Shown: positions 1 through 12,903, counted from the whole stretch's first letter. The stretch is 61,741 bases of DNA, filler included, from Hausera hauseri (GCA_046269625.1; 11 parts of 11 records of this genome joined end to end with filler, not necessarily neighbours in it); one strand, 5' to 3'. Notes: generated by a model from the letters alone, not told the origin. Made by a program: numbers and translations.

Positions 1-208
1 AAACATGACTGTTAGGTTAATTGATAACTCTAAATTGTCCCTAGGTGTGAGTGAGAGAGTGAATGGTTGTTTGTCTCTATGTGTGGCCCTGTGATGGACT
101 TGCGACCTGTCCAGGGTGTACCCCCCCCTCGCACTGTGACTGCTGAATATGGGCACCAGTGACCCACGTGACCCTGCAAGGATTAAGTGAGTACAGACAA
201 TGGATGGA
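1..208 (+). mobile_element. 3' part of a fish V-SINE-type element with L2-like (ATGG) tail
   Basis: Contains the widespread teleost SINE core ctctaaattgtccctaggtgtgagtg...gcgacctgtccagggtgtacccc and ends in aatggatgga; recognised from memory of the family. Confidence 0.75.
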
Positions 209-729
209 CCTGGGACGGTAACTCTGCCCCTAAAATCATTACACTTTTAAAACACAAAAAACAAGTTCTAGTAATAAGCTTGATTAAAGGATATCTAAGA
301 TATTTTATGTAAGTCTTTTACTAAATGAAATTTGATTTTATTTCTCCTTTAAACTTGATTCATTTCAGAGAAAAAGACTAAACATTCCTAAAATGAATCT
401 ACGTCGTTCACCTTTTAATCACCTCTTAATAAATGGTTGCAGCTGTTTTGATCAAACCTTTAAAATAATTTATGCATTAGTCTAAAAAGTCTGTTTTGTG
501 AATGACTCTCAGTTACTACCACTTAGCTCAATAACAACAATTTTACTGAGTTGGAGCATTTTTATGTTTGTTAACACTGATTATCATTTTAAATTGGATT
601 TATTGCATCAGTTGTAGATGATTATGAAAGTTTCGGTGAATTCTGTCCAGTGGCTCAGAGGATATTTTCCTAACAGACACATACAAGGGCACAAAAATAA
701 AAACCACTGATAGTTGTCAGATGTTAGAG

Positions 730-1340
730 AAATTAGATAGTTATATTGAAAAAAATAACTTACTAAGTGACAGTCAATATGGGTTTAGATCAAATAAATC
801 AACATCCCATGCATTATTAGAATAAATGAAGGAATTACTGAAGCAATGGAAAGGAAGCAATACACAGTGGGGGTGTTTCTTGATTAAAAAAAAGCTTTTG
901 ACACTATTGATCACACTTTATTACTTTCTAAACTACAGGATTATGGGATAGGAGGGATAGTTCATAATTGGGTGAATAATTATTTGATTAACAGTCAAAA
1001 GTTTGTACAACTAGGAAATATAAAATCAGAATTTCAAAGTATAAAATGTGGAGTTCCCCAGGGTTCAGTGTTAGGCCCAAAGCTGTTTAATTTGTATGTT
1101 AACGACATTTGTGAAGTGTCTAAATTGCTACGGTTCATTTTGTTTGCAGATGCTACTAATTTACTTTGTTCTGGGAATGATTTAAAAACCCTTATAGAAC
1201 AAGTTACTAGTGAGATGTCTAAACTTAATAAGTGGATAAAATACAATAAATTATCAACAAATTGGAATAAAACTAAATTCATGGTTTTTAAAAACAAAAT
1301 AAATGGCTCATATAAAGTATATAAAACAAAAATTATGTAA
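730..1340 (+). mobile_element. Decayed non-LTR retrotransposon (CR1/L2-group) reverse transcriptase fragment
   Basis: Translates to QYGFRSNKST, VFLD*KKAFDTIDH, GVPQGSVLGPKLF and FADA (FADD catalytic motif broken); stop and frameshift present. Confidence 0.88.
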
Positions 1341-1570
1341 AAGTATTGGGCTTTTAAATAAAGTAAAAAGTATTAAAAACCATCAACACTCCATAGTAAG
1401 GAAATATGATTTCAAAAGTAAAACTGTGCGTACTACTTTAAAGCAAATGTGTATTTCGGTTTAAACAAGGTTTTACTTCTTTCTGCTCCCTTTCCACTCA
1501 TGTATATAGTGTTAAAAGAAAATCTGTTTGTATGCTATAATGACAAAATTGTTGAATTGAGTGAATAAAC

Positions 1571-1619
<49 letters not shown>
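1571..1619 (+). repeat. (TGAT)n microsatellite, about 12 copies, probably the LINE 3' tail
   Basis: Perfect repeat just after AATAAA (1564-1569), downstream of the RT fragment. Confidence 0.9.
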
Positions 1620-2596
1620 AAATGTCACATTTTAGTAGTTCTTCCTGCATGTTTTGTTTATCACAGCATATTTTAAACATTCTCTTTTCGCTTATGTTTA
1701 TTTTAGCTGGTAGCAACAACTACGTGTGGACGAGTTGAAGACAACCTGAAGATGGAATGTAGATCACAGATCTCTTTTGCAGGAGAGGCCTGTATTCTTT
1801 GCAGAGGTCTATAAAGTACTTGGGGGAAAAAAACTAAGTAAAAGTAAAATTACACAAACAGAGCAGGATCCGTACTCAGGTTCACACAGATTAGTTACTT
1901 TACAAACTCTAGACAATGCACAAAATAAACGCAGTATGAAATAATGTAGCATGAGAATGAAGTCCCAGAAACACCCAGGTTAAACTCATGTAGCTATTCT
2001 ACAACTTACTCACACTTGCCTTATTGATTATTAATTCATTAGGTCATCAAATTAGCATCTGTTGAGTCTGTCTACTGGTTGCCTGTAGTGATTTTCAGTA
2101 TCCAGCAGGTGTCAGTATTCAGTGACACAGTATCAATAGTTTGGTAATGTGTAGAGATGCTTCATGATGCCTCATCTACCCATCACTTCAGATGTGTATG
2201 ACCAGCCCATGATTTCATCATCATCATTCCTCTTCTGCTTCTTTCTCCAAACATCATTACTGATTGATGTATTGTGTATAAATTTCTTCCTGTCTCATCT
2301 TCATTCCCCACCTCTTCAAGTTCCACAGAAGTCTGTTAATCCCCCTTCATTCACATCAGGTGTGTTTTAACTGAACCTCACCTCACAGCTGTTTTAATCC
2401 ATTTCAGAGCCTCAGGCCCACAGCTTGTCGGCAATAAAACTGGAGGCAGCAGCTTCTCTGCAGCACACAGAAAGTTGAGTCCAACTGAGAAGGTAAAGGT
2501 TCATGTACTTTCTCTTCATTTAATATGGTTTACTGTCTTGAAATGTTTAAAGAAACTGTAGATAACTGCACCAAATACTACTTTCAGACCATAGCC

Positions 2597-3262
2597 ATGA
2601 ATGGACCAGCTCTTCTCCTGCTACTTCTCACAGGTAACGTTCTAGTAAATCTAGACACCATGCACCTAAACTTGACTCTGTCCTGAGTGGTCTCCCTGCC
2701 TTGTCTCCAGCCTGTGTGGTGAGAGGAGGAGTTCTGCAGTTTCTGAACATGATCGTTTGTGTTCAGCCTGACGTCAGTCCTCTGGCGTACAGTGACTACG
2801 GCTGCTACTGTGGCCACAAGGGAACTGTGGCTCCAGTGGATGAAGTGGACAAGTAGGTAACAAAGCATTTCTGTTTTAACCAAAGACTCTGTAAAATGTT
2901 TGATTCATCTTCAGGTGCTGTCAGACTCATGAAAGCTGCTATGAGAAAAGCAAAGTGACTCCAGGATGCACATCTATCTTTAAAAATCCTTACCTCCTCA
3001 TTTACAAATACAGCTGTACTGATAAACAGGTGACTTGCTCAGGTAAAGAGTAACTAATTTTTTATTTTATTTTTTAAAATTTGGGCGGACTGCATCTTGA
3101 GGCTGACCTCTCCTGACTTGCAGATTCTAATGGAAAGTGCCAGGCTATTGTGTGTGTGAGTGTGACCAAGCTGCGGCTCAGTGCTTCGCCAACAACACTT
3201 ACAACCCTCAAAACCAATACCTGGATTTCAGTGCCCGCTGTGAAAACACAGACTCTCATTAA
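2597..3262 (+). pseudogene. Secretory phospholipase A2 group IB-like paralog, frameshifted in exon 4 (pseudogene or sequence error)
   Basis: Coding exons 2597-2633, 2711-2852, 2915-3042, 3124-3262, all GT-AG with the same phases as the neighbouring gene. Motifs YGCYCG and CCQTHESCY. An extra GT in the (GT)n run at 3150-3158 shifts the frame before CECD. AATAAA at 3304. Confidence 0.9.
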
Positions 3263-5753
3263 AGGGAAAGACTGGTTGGTTCAGAGTGGTTTACTCTTGA
3301 TGAAATAAAACCTGTTAAACCCAGAGTTTGTTTGGAGAGGTTTTGTCACAATCGTCGCCCTCAAATGGAGTCATTTCCCTGGTCAATGCTCGTCTTTAAA
3401 GGACTGATCTGGAATGGAACAGTTGTATTAACATGGGGGGGAATCTAGATAACTAATATTGCCCACTGCTGAAAAATTGTCAATAGAGTAAAATTTTAAT
3501 AAAACCTTCAGAAATCATTGAGCTACAGTAGCTCAGTCCATTTTACAGCTATTGAGTGCCAACACTTAATGAATTATTGGAGTCGGGCCTGTTAACTAAA
3601 TGGCAAAGCTCTTGTACAATGACTTGTATCATGAGAACAAGGGACACAACGGTGACTATTTAAAATGTCCCAAAGGACTGAGTTCTGAACACGATGGCCA
3701 TGAGGATTTGTGCCAGGAAGGGCTACTGATTCTACGTTAAGGAAGTCCTGTCGAGCAGCAGGCTGCCGCTGCACGAGCTGTTCCAAGCTCACTTGGACCC
3801 CAAGGCACTTTAACTTCAGACATTCACACACTGACAGAGGTGGGGCTCCCATGCACCAGTAAGGAGAGCCACTCTGTTACACTGTGTAGGAGAGCCTATG
3901 CAGAGAATTTTCACAAATTTACCAGGAGATAAAGGTACCTATGCACAGAATGCTGCCACAGATGCATATTTTACTCCAGAGAACTGTAGTTTTGGACAAG
4001 TTTAGACAGTGAGCTCAGTGGATGTGCTGAGAGAACTGGCTAAATCACGTGATTTGGGTAAAATTCCAGAAACTGTAGGTAATCTTCACAAAATTGACAA
4101 AAAGCTGAACGATTCGGTTCTTTACAATACTTTTGAAGCAGAAATATCAAATGAAAATTTGAACGCTCTCACTAATGAAATATTGTCTAAAGTGCTGCTT
4201 CATTTCAAAGATGAGAAGTCCAGAAAGCTTCAAAGAACTGAGGAAGTTTCAGGAAACGATGTTCCAGTCTGAAACACTGTAACCTAACACCGATGAGGTA
4301 AATAAAATAAGGTAATAGGTAAATTAAATAGCTGAGCATATGGCCAATTTAAGATCGCAAAACAGCTTCTGAGTCGCTGAATATAGAAGCTGAGTCAAAA
4401 ACTCCTCAAACTGATCATGTTGAGTCTAGAACCCCTGGCCTAGACACGACTTCTTCATCATGGAAATATGTGAAATATATTTGAAAAGATTTGAGGATTC
4501 AATTTGAGGACAGTGACATCCAGTGGCCACCGGATGCCACAGCACGAGCGCTACACAAGCAATGGCAGTGTTTACACACCATGTCAGAAATAATTCTGAA
4601 AAGAAAAAATATATAATAATGCCCATCACTACTTACTGATGATCAGGATGCCGTTCTCTTCATGTTTTCTCTGGACAGTTGTGAGCTTCTGTCTGAATGT
4701 TTTCTAACCCAACACTCTCAGAACAGGTGGGTGCTGCTGCTGCTGCTGCTGGGAGTCCCAGCTTTAAACTGGCTGCTGAGCTTCCACAGTTCTTTTCAAC
4801 CAGCCTGAGCCCAAACATGCAGCACATGTAGTTTCATACATCCTGACCTACGTGCATGTCGCCGACACACAAAATGTTTCCCACTCGATTCATTATCTTG
4901 ATGTTTGTAGATTTAAAAAGGCCTCGTGGGTAAAGTTCAGAGGAAAGCTGTGGGAATCTCAGCAAATGCTGGTTATTTGCACAGCTGTGTGTTAGGAAAT
5001 GCATTTAAAATTCAGGTTTGTAAAAATACAAAATGGGAGAGGAGGGTCTTTAGACTTTATTTCAGAGCAACTTAAAAACAGCTAATGAACTGTTTCAGTT
5101 TTGTGTTCTTAAAAGTGGGTTATGTCATCAGTTTGTTCCCTTCCTTCTTGTCCAGTATGTAGTGAAAACAAGTGCATTTGATTTGATTGCATTTGTCTGC
5201 TTCTATAGTTCATCCCTTCAGATAAAACTCATTTGCTGTGGACTTTTTTTTTTAAACTGTCCATGTTTACTTTTATTCTCCATTAGTTTTCTTCAACCTT
5301 CTTGAGGACATACCATAAATCATCCAACAGAGGCCAAGGCAAGGTTATAAGACAAACAAAAAAGAAATACAAGTTAAAGCAAAACAACAAATGTTAAATG
5401 CAATTAAGGCATGTGGGAAGGCTCAAGACTTTGGTACAGGACTAAACTAAGACATCCTGAAGTTAATTTAGAGTACCAAGTTTTTGTTTGCATTTTTTTT
5501 TATATATTGTGGACACACAATGAGACAAAGTACAAAAAAGTAGTTCTTTTTGGAATCGGTTCAAACTTTTTTCTGATCTCTTTCTTTGTTTTAGACGTAC
5601 AAGACCAGCTGTTAGATAAGGGCCCCACTGGTGTGATAAAATATCTTACATTTTTATGTAAGCAGACTACAGTCCTGGTTACTTTTCCCTCCCCCTGGTT
5701 GTGTCTGTATAAGAGGCAACCACAGCAGATTCCACCTCTGCCTGACTGTAGCC

Positions 5754-8700
5754 ATGAACGGATCAACTCTCCTTTTGCTTCTCACTGGTAAGAATAATAA
5801 CTCTGTACATAGTGAACTTTTAAAGCCACTATTTGAAATCAGTACCTGGTCTCCCACTCCCCTCCTCCACAGCCTCTGTGGTCAGTGGAGGAAATGTGCC
5901 TAAAGCCATGTGGCAGTTCGGGAACGTGATCAAGTGTTATCAGCCTGGTGTTAATCCTCTGGCGTACAACAATTACGGCTGCTGGTGCGGCTTGGGAGGA
6001 ACTGGAACTCCGGTGGATGAAGTGGACGAGTAGGAAACAAGATCAAATTATCATTATTGTTAGTTTAAAGAAACAAAACTCTGGTTGTTCTCTAACCCCT
6101 CGTTGTGCTCTCAGGTGCTGTCGAGTTCATGACAAGTGCTATGAAGCAAGCAGAGAGGTTCCAGACTGCTCAAACATTTCTACTCTTCCCCACATCCTGG
6201 TTTACAATTACAGCTGTTCTGATACACAGGTGGAATGTTCAGGTAAGGATGTGGTCTGAAGGAATTTTACAGATATTTAGTCTTAAAAATATGCATTAAT
6301 GAGGTGAAGCTTTATGTTTTTGATTTCAACTAAAAGAGTTTTGAATGTAAAACTGCTGCAATGTCCTACTCAGACCATGATTTGACAAGAACATTGATGT
6401 AGAACAATTAGACTCTGAGCAAGTTATAAAACTTTCTGATGTAAAGAAAAAAACAAAGTTTCTTTTTGAATAAAGTAGTGAGGTGGATTAAGAGGATATT
6501 CCATAAGAATCTTTCAGCTGGTGATACAAGCACTAAATTTGTTACAAATGAAGTTCAGGATTTACTTGCATGAGAATGTAGGTTATCCACCTTGAAACCC
6601 AAGATGGCCACCACTTTTCATGGCCATCTCTCAAATACAAAAACCCCTAAAAACTGTGTAGAAGTTCACATAACTGAAACATGTTAAAGATTTAAACATC
6701 AAAAAAAATGTATCCTGACTGGTAGAACTCAATGATGTCAATTAAATTCCAACATGGCCACCAGTTTTTAAGATGCCAGCTACTCCATGCCTCAAAATGA
6801 ATTGATATACTGTGGTCAAGCTCTATTAGTTTGTATTCTTTCATATAGAAGTGATGTCAAAGCACAACCAGGATACACTGGTTACATCACTGCTGTGACA
6901 CACAGCATGTCGGCTTCTAGAGTACTAGCTGTTGTACTGGTATACTCAATCTAGTTTATAGTACTAAGCCCCTGTATATATCTAATCTAAAAGCTTAGTT
7001 GTAGTATTGCAGTAAGATAACTGAACCTGAATTGACAGGATGTGGCAACGCGGTACAGCTGAGCCAAGGGTGACGGGGCTTGAGTTACACATGGTGTACA
7101 GATTGAACAGGGTTTTAATGCCACTGCATGAATGATCAGGCATTAGGAGTAGGGCTGCACAATGTATCAAAAATTTATCATCATCGCAATAACAGCCTGT
7201 GCAATATGCATGTCGCAACTGCATAAACTGCAATAAATGGTTAGCTTTAATGTTTGCATTTATGCCTTTTGTCATTCAGATGGAAGCTTGAAGTATTTCA
7301 GCAGTCAAATGAAGCCCTTTATATGTTTGGTCAACCAAGTAGATCTCTTGATATTTAAAAAAATATTTTAGGTTAGAATGGAAATGATTAGTTTTTTAGG
7401 TTGTTTTCTTGGCTTTGAACCCCAAAAGATAAACACTTCATACTTTTGTATTTGTTCATTTATCGCAAGTGATATCATCATCACAATATTAAACACTGTT
7501 GTCGCACATCGCAGGTTTTCGTAATATCCTGCAGCCCTAATTAGGAGCTTGTACCAGTTGTATCCCACATTCAAATGTGCTTTAATCTTTTTATTTTAAT
7601 TTTATATTAACCTTTAATCAACCAGACAAATTCCATTGAGATCACAGATCTCTTTTGCAAGAGAGACCTGGGCCAGGTGGCAACCTATTGTACATGTGGG
7701 GTAAACCAGAGTACTGGAGAAAACCCACAAAAGCAGGGATCGAAGCCAGGACCTTCTTACTGTGAGGTATCAGAGCTAACCACTGAGCTGTCATGGTGTC
7801 TGATTTTGTTAATGCCATTTTTATTTATTAGTACAGTTGGGTGATAAAAAGACCTTCAGTCTTTAATCACATAACTCAAGATGTGAGCCAATAATCCATT
7901 GATTTGTATTACAACAACCGACCAGAGGAAGTGCTGCCTCTGTCAGACAGATAAAAGAGGAGTTTAAGTTTCCCCTCACCTGTTATGAGCGCACAATGGT
8001 AGCCACAAATGTAGCACTCTTTAAGGCATCAACCTGCTGCTCATCAGCTTAGACCAGGGGACTTATTCCCATGTGCATGTGTTGTAGGACAAGAAAAGCA
8101 AGGTTGATGAGGCAAACTGAACTTGTCTGCATGAAATCAAAGACCATATAGTACCATTCTTCAGACAAGTGAATCCCTCTTTCAGCATTGGAAAGGGTCT
8201 TCCTTCCAAGCTGTCTGCATATGAGTTCAGGCAACAGGCAACACCTGCTCACCTGGGGTGGCTCTAAGAGGGTGAGGTGTGACAAGTTCTTTGGACCACT
8301 TTTACACCGACTGCCCAGAGTTGTCAGCAGTTGGTATAATGTGTCTGCCAAGGACAATGTAAATGCTACTGCTTCACTTTTAAGCATACACAGCTGAGCC
8401 TGCAAATGTCAGGACCAAGTATAGAACCTACCAACATGTGCAAGTCATGGCCCGATTCAAACATCACTCACATTTTGAAAAATGTATAATGGAAGCTGAC
8501 ATTACCATGTAAATCAATAATATGTAATAATGCACTTGTCTATCCTAGAGATACCAGATAAACACTCATATTGCATATTACATTTTATCTTCTAGTACTG
8601 ATAAAATGTACTATGCACATTATTACAGCTCTAATACATTTCTCTAAATTTGGTGGTCATGTACCCTGACATCACTTTGAAAACCTCACAAAAGCCTTTG

Positions 8701-10321
8701 ACTAATTTCCATCACATCACCAGAGTTACAATCTAAACTTGTCATTGTCAAAAACATTTATTTTGAAGTACAGATTTCAAAATAGTGTTAACCAGTCCAA
8801 CTCTAGTTCAATACAGCTTAAAGCCACTTCCTATAGTGGCTATTCTCTTTCTTCTCGTGGATAACATACTTTTATGAGAGAGTAAGTTCTGAATCACTTG
8901 TACCAAATTTAGTGCTTATATGACCAAGTGAAAGATTGTTTCAGCAATTAGCTGCTCTTGGGGAAACAAAATAAGAGTCCTCCTGGTTTTAAGTACAAAC
9001 CTGACAAAATAATGCTTTACTGTAAACAATACAAGTTGGACACGGGTCTATTTTGACCTCGTGTGCAAAAACTGCAGCTACGATGTCAGCATTTAAAGTC
9101 ATGGAAAAAAGCAAGCCTACTCTTCAATTCTAGCGTGTTTTGCTTTGCGACATGCTGATGACTAGATTGTTTTAAGTTACAAAATTATTTTAATCTAACT
9201 TCAAGTATAAAACCCAGCAGACTACACCCTCCATTTTTTATTACACACCAACAAAGCCTAGTAAGTAAATTTGTCAGACTCTACGGAGCTCGGTTAGCAG
9301 ATTAAAGGTTTAAGTTAACGACAGGACAAACAGAGACTGAAAAAGTATGGCATGTTTGGAAGGTTTATAAGAAGAAACACTTTCTTAAAAGAACATAGCA
9401 GCACAAGTTGATTTGTAAAGCTGAATCTAAATGAACTGTAAGTCTTCTGGAACAATGTCCTTTAGACTGATCCGACCAAAGTTTTAGAGTAGAGAGTTTG
9501 GTTTTCATCCAACATTATGGACAAATATGAACCATCAGCACAAATACCTCAAACCAGCTGTCAGTAGGGTGGTGGGCTTGTTTTGAAGCCACAGGACCTG
9601 GAAGTCTGCTGTAACTGAGGTGACCATGAACACAAAGAAGAAATGTAGACCAAAATACTCTGGAGTCAAACGTGAAAGATTGTGGGTCATACTGGAACTG
9701 TAAAATAGATTCCGTACATAACAGCAGATCTACAACAGAACATCTGAAAAAGACATGAGCTGAGGTGTGGGAATGCAAACCTTAAAACAACACAGAAATA
9801 AGTTTCTGCAAACCTCAATGAGCTGAAATGTAGAGTGGGTAAAAATTCCTCCACAACCATGTGAGAGATTGAAGTAAAAGAAAAAGTTCAAATGATATCG
9901 GTACTAATAATAAAAATTATTTTTGCAGAGTCCCGGGGTGGACTTACTGTTTCTCCCCTCTTTATATTTAACTTGTTTCCTGTGTTTTTGTACACTTGAT
10001 TTAAGTTTTAAATAACTTAATCACCTGTTAAATCAGCCATTTTATTTGTGTCTGGATGTGTAAAACCCAATAATTGAAATACAAACCTTTTTCTCATGAT
10101 CGTATCTACACTTCACTATCAATGTTACATGTTCTGTGACCAATTTGACCTTTTCCTAACATTAAAGAGCTTCTAACGTGACGCGTGTCTCTGCAGATAC
10201 CAACGATAAGTGCCAGGCTGCTGTGTGCGAGTGTGATCGTGTGGCGGCTAACTGCTTCGCCCAGAACGCTTACAACCCTGAAAACAAGAACCTGGACCCC
10301 ACGATCTACTGCGTTAACTGA
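5754..10321 (+). CDS. pla2g1b: Secretory phospholipase A2, group IB (pancreatic type), 147 aa, 4 coding exons
   Basis: Exons 5754-5787, 5873-6029, 6115-6242, 10197-10321 total 444 nt in frame. Signal peptide, propeptide GNVPK, Ca loop [18 protein letters not shown] (His48-Asp49), CECD (Asp99). TATA-like TATAAGA about 5708; AATAAA just after the stop. Confidence 0.95.
7150..7539. mobile_element. Non-autonomous hAT-type MITE in PLA2 intron 3
   Basis: Terminal inverted repeats TAGGGCTGCA...TGCAGCCCTA flanked by a perfect 8-bp target-site duplication ATTAGGAG (7142-7149 and 7540-7547). Confidence 0.92.
7600..7790 (-). mobile_element. Adjacent retroposon remnants: fish LINE 3' tail (about 7600-7672) and tRNA-derived SINE 5' part (about 7698-7790)
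   Basis: Reverse complement reads cttgcaaaagagatctgtgatctcaatgg (the same motif also at 1761-1792); gggatcgaagccaggaccttcttactgtgagg is the antisense of a tRNA-like SINE head. Confidence 0.6.
9340..10106 (+). mobile_element. Decayed Tc1/mariner transposon remnant
   Basis: ttctggaacaatgtcctttagactgatccgaccaaagtt encodes FWNNVL*TDPTKV, the degenerate Tc1 WTDETK motif; boundaries approximate. Confidence 0.7.
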
Positions 10322-11698
10322 GACCCCCAATAAAGAATACTCACACAGATAACATCTTTCACATTATTGATAATAAAGAAAAAGACTAATAAAAGTTGTC
10401 AAACAAGGCAGATACTTCAATAAACTTGGTGTCTGTTTAACTCGTGTGCAGCATTTGTCACAGCAGTTGTAAGAGTTAGTTGTTTTACACTCGGATTGTT
10501 TAATTGCCGTTATTTAAATGTTTCTACAACCAGACTGAAATAAGGCAAATGTTTCCTTCTGATTCTATCCCAGAAACAGTATCAGGTGAAAGTCATTTAG
10601 CGGCTTTTGTGTGTTGAAGACAAGTTTCAGTGCTCAACCGAGCTGGTTTGAAGACCAATAGAGAGCTGATTTTATAAGCTGGAGGGATGTTGGTGTAGTT
10701 GCACCAAAGCATGGCTTCCTTTCATTTGGTTAGAGAAAATCTTTAAACTCGCAGTTTCAGTTTGTGGCAAAAATCCACCTGGTTTTAAGAGGAAATGGAA
10801 GGAGTTTTGTGTTGGAACACAAACAACCACATCTTACAGCTTCAATATATGCTGCTGTGTTTAGGAAGCCATGTGCAGTTCTTAATATGTGGGAGCTGGA
10901 ATAAGATTTAGTTTGAGTTTGATTAACAAAAGTGATTTATTCAGAAACAAACATTATAAAGTAGAGCTGTGAACAAGTTGGTTTGAAGCTTAAACAGCTG
11001 TCAAAATGTGTTTATTTCAGTCTTTATTATTTACACTTATCTTGCATCATTTGTGATAAAAAGAACCAATAAATACAAATCATTTACAACAGAATATTCT
11101 AAATTTGTAATCAAATAAGTGAAATCAGGATCATGTTTACGAGTCATTTGTTTACATCTGAACACTGACGAGTACACTACGAACAGATTTCAGCAAGTGG
11201 CGGAGAACGAGTTAGTAAAAATTATAAGACGAGTTCTCTCTTTTTCTGAAAAGAAACAGTGACTAAAACCACAAGAATCGACAGATGCAGAGTCCTCTTC
11301 TGGGAGGAAATGGATTGATGGAGATCACTAAAATGTTGTGGCTAAGATCAGATGTTAATGAGCTGTGTTGAAATTTAGTTGTAAACAAAGGTGAGGAATA
11401 TTTGCTGTTTTTAATGCAACTTTGACAAAAACAACTGATGAGTTTAAATTACATTAATCCCCCAAACAATCTTTTAATAATGCATAAATTGTTAGAAGCA
11501 TAAAAAACAATTCCAAACACTGAAAAACTGCATATTTGACAGCTATCATGGCTTCAACAAAGAAATAAAAATAAATGTTCAGGAGAACATTCTGAAGTAT
11601 TCTCAGAAATAGACTTTGGTCCAGTTTCAATAAAATATTACAAATAGCAGCTGTATAACACAGCACTCCTTCATTTTAAAATAAGATGGGTCTGCAGG

Positions 11699-11776
11699 TT
11701 ATACTGGCTTGTACAGAAGAGTGGTCACATACTTCTTTTTGTATCGGTGTGTTGCACTAAGAACCATCACCCCGTC
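11699..11776 (-). CDS. prkab1: Last coding exon of AMP-activated protein kinase beta-1 subunit
   Basis: After the acceptor tcttccag the minus strand reads DGVMVLSATHRYKKKYVTTLLYKPV*, the conserved AMPK-beta C-terminus (DGV as in beta-1). Absent from the ORF track. Confidence 0.93.
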   Translation of the reverse strand, partial: DGVMVLSATHRYKKKYVTTLLYKPV

Positions 11777-11821
11777 CTGGAAGAGAAAACAAACAGTCTG
11801 TAAACAATACATGGATTTATT

Positions 11822-11921
11822 NNNNNNNNNNNNNNNNNNNNNNNNNNNNNNNNNNNNNNNNNNNNTTAATTAATTAANNNNNNNNNNNNNNNNNNNNNNN
11901 NNNNNNNNNNNNNNNNNNNNN
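11822..11921. other. Artificial contig spacer (first of ten)
   Basis: N44-TTAATTAATTAA-N44 with stops in six frames. Others at 18135-18234, 23358-23457, 28273-28372, 32407-32506, 36801-36900, 41675-41774, 46431-46530, 52074-52173, 57099-57198. Confidence 0.99.
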
Positions 11922-11968
11922 TCATTGATGCCAGTACCCAGAGTGATCCGGAGGACCGAATCCTTCTC

Positions 11969-11981
11969 AAAAGGGGGAGAA
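11969..11981 (+). other. Polypurine tract of LTR retroelement (copy 1)
   Basis: AAAAGGGGGAGAA immediately before TGTTAC; preceding 40 nt nearly identical to 52771-52823. Confidence 0.85.
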
Positions 11982-12671
11982 CTGTTACGACTCCTTAAAC
12001 AACATTTTGGACAAACCCCTTCGTGAAAACAACATTTTGGACAAAACTCTTCGATAAGAATTTATTGATAAAAATGTACATTTACACTTCACATTAGTAA
12101 TGTTGATGACTATTAAATGATTTTGAACATTTTGTACATTTATGATTTTGAACATTTTGTATATTTGAAATGAAATAAATCATTATCTTTGCCCATTATC
12201 TTCTTATCTGTTATCCTTCATTATAATATGTTAAGTCCCACATGATGGACATCCCTATTTTCTCTGTATTTTGTACAATTGATGTACCCCTAACCTTGTT
12301 GGTGAACTGAGAAGATACGTGTTCAGTAGAATAAAAAGAAATATTGCGAATTGTGGAGTGAGAATTGTGGAGTTTGTGGAATTGGAATGAATAGTTGAAA
12401 CGATTTGTTAAAAAATTAGAATGAATTATATGAATTATTGAATTAAATTAATAAAATCGTTATGTGAATTATTATAAGTAGAAATAAATTATTATATCAG
12501 ATTAATTATTATATTTCCATGAAATCATTATAAATTTCGATTTGGAATATTGAAAATAAAGTTTGGAATATATCAGATTAATTATTATATTTCAATGAAA
12601 TCATTATAAATTTCGATTTGGAATATTGAAAATAAAGTTTGGAATTTCCAAACACAGTAACAAAAATAGAA

Positions 12672-12732
12672 TGACGTCATTTTATTTTTAAAATGACGTC
12701 ACTCCCAAAATAGAACCAGGTAACTATATATA
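12672..12732 (+). promoter_or_regulatory. LTR promoter: two CRE palindromes and TATA box
   Basis: TGACGTCA at 12672-12679 and 12694-12701; TATATATA at 12725-12732; a 44-nt GT-AG intron (12804-12847) follows. Confidence 0.65.
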
Positions 12733-12851
12733 CCGTTGTGAAGTTCTTACAACAACATTATCTTAACCTCAACATATTTAATTCTCAAACTTGGAATTCG
12801 AAGGTTAGGTCTTATGCTGAATTTTTAAATGATTGTGATTATGCTAGGACC

Positions 12852-12903
12852 ATGGCCGTAAACAATAATGACGCTTCTACTAGTTCGTTGGAATCAGTAT
12901 CGG
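12852..12903 (+). CDS. Common leader exon, 17 codons + 1 nt (MAVNNNDASTSSLESVS, phase-1 donor)
   Basis: Kozak-like ACCATGG; ends G|GTACGT in phase 1, matching the phase of all downstream cassette acceptors; same-length counterpart at 53834-53885. Confidence 0.75.

Noticed and set aside
2584-3259. Minus-strand ORFs over PLA2 exons (also 10106-10330)
   Set aside because: Antisense shadows of real plus-strand exons
4009-4272. 87-aa helical-looking ORF between the PLA2 genes
   Set aside because: No recognisable motif, GTG start, no supported gene structure
11866-11877. Recurring TTAATTAATTAA motif
   Set aside because: Artificial six-frame-stop linker between N runs; no linkage can be inferred across it
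12494-12645. Direct repeats as a CRISPR array
   Set aside because: Two adjacent copies without spacers in eukaryotic DNA; no cas genes
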